A stretch of DNA of 64,000 nt from Amphiscolops sp. MND2022 (lineage: Eukaryota), in contig OZ076413.1 of NCBI GenBank assembly GCA_964187785.1, forward strand, positions 50,718,001-50,782,000, read 5' to 3'. The notes beneath the pieces were generated by a model that saw only the letters and a program-made list of their open reading frames with translations, did no database searches and was not told the origin of the DNA. Below, piece by piece: positions 63,199 to 64,000 of the stretch. How positions within the stretch are numbered: position 1 is the first letter of the stretch; each line of letters begins with the position of its first letter. Position numbers and translations under genes: made by a program.

Positions 63199-64000
63199 AT
63201 TTATTTTTACGGATTAGACGAACTTGAAATTTTTTTTATAAATTTTTATAGTTAAGAAAAAAGGCTAATTTTCGATGATGTGCTTGGCCCGAATCAACAA
63301 ATCCCATGCTACTCTTGTATTCTCTGAATCGAAAATGGTTGACCACAAATTGTCAACAATAAGTTCATACAGCTGGCGTCTTAGCTCCAGGTTTTTCGTG
63401 CCACAATTGTTACCAGGATGTTGGCGGTAATCTATCTTGTTCTGATTTTCTGATACCGTCCGTATAGTTGCTTGCTGCTGATGGTAGTCTTTCACGCTCG
63501 AGCCGCTTGTCGATTGTGATATCTTTTCTCTGGTTGTTTCGGTTTGGATTTGGAGGTTTTTGGCTTGCCTTCGGATTCCATCTCCTCTTCATTTGGCTTC
63601 TGTTGCGAAGCTGGATTTCGGTAAAAACCGTTGAAGCCTCGCGGTTTTTAGTCCGCGCTTTCATATGACAAAAGAGCACGACTATTACAGTCACACGTTT
63701 TTCTTTTTTCAAGAGAGACTCGAAGCGACGAAAATTTTAATCAGTTTGTTAAACTAAACGAATACCTCGGAAAGGGATCTAAAATTTAGCAAAGGGTCTC
63801 CCTTTCATTTTTTAAAGTTTAAACGAAATATACAAAACCGGACGAGACCAAAGGTTCCCACTTTCATTTTGTTTTCGGCGCTATAAGGTTCTTTTTTCGA
63901 CATTACGATACATGTCCCGCAAAAGTGGAAAGTGATCAATTGGTGTGAAAAGTATTTTGAGTAGAATAGTCAATTAGTGTAAATTTGTCAAAGACCGTAG

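Overview
This is AT-rich, repeat-dense eukaryotic DNA, probably from an invertebrate animal (inferred from short GT-AG introns and the transposon repertoire). Host genes: part of a minus-strand HECTD2-like E3 ligase (~1850-3900) and a plus-strand type II membrane sulfotransferase-like gene (exons 11987-12157, 36023-36477, 36854-37135). The first intron of the sulfotransferase gene was expanded from ~0.4 kb to ~23.9 kb by two adjacent Gypsy LTR retrotransposons and a 1.2-kb tandem duplication. The most striking object is the 16.3-kb Gypsy element at 12460-28805 (2.2-kb LTRs, AGTGT target-site duplication). Between pol and its 3' LTR it carries an antisense gene that I could reconstruct by hand as 8 coding exons with 7 phase-compatible GT-AG introns (one 1-nt frameshift must be corrected). 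The predicted ~1090-aa product has a zinc finger and looks like a catalytically dead hAT-transposase derivative. A divergent 270-aa acidic/RG-rich ORF runs into the 3' LTR. The right part of the window holds a LINE fragment, a decayed Maverick/Polinton-like element (protease, capsid, pPolB) and a BEL/Pao element. The single surviving 1.9-kb LTR of the BEL/Pao element contains an SGNH-hydrolase-like ORF and a tRNA-like Pol III cassette. Several non-autonomous elements (Helentron/DINE-like, MULE-foldback, pogo-like MITE) and a 277-bp palindrome are also present. All family assignments come from motif recognition by eye; no searches were run.
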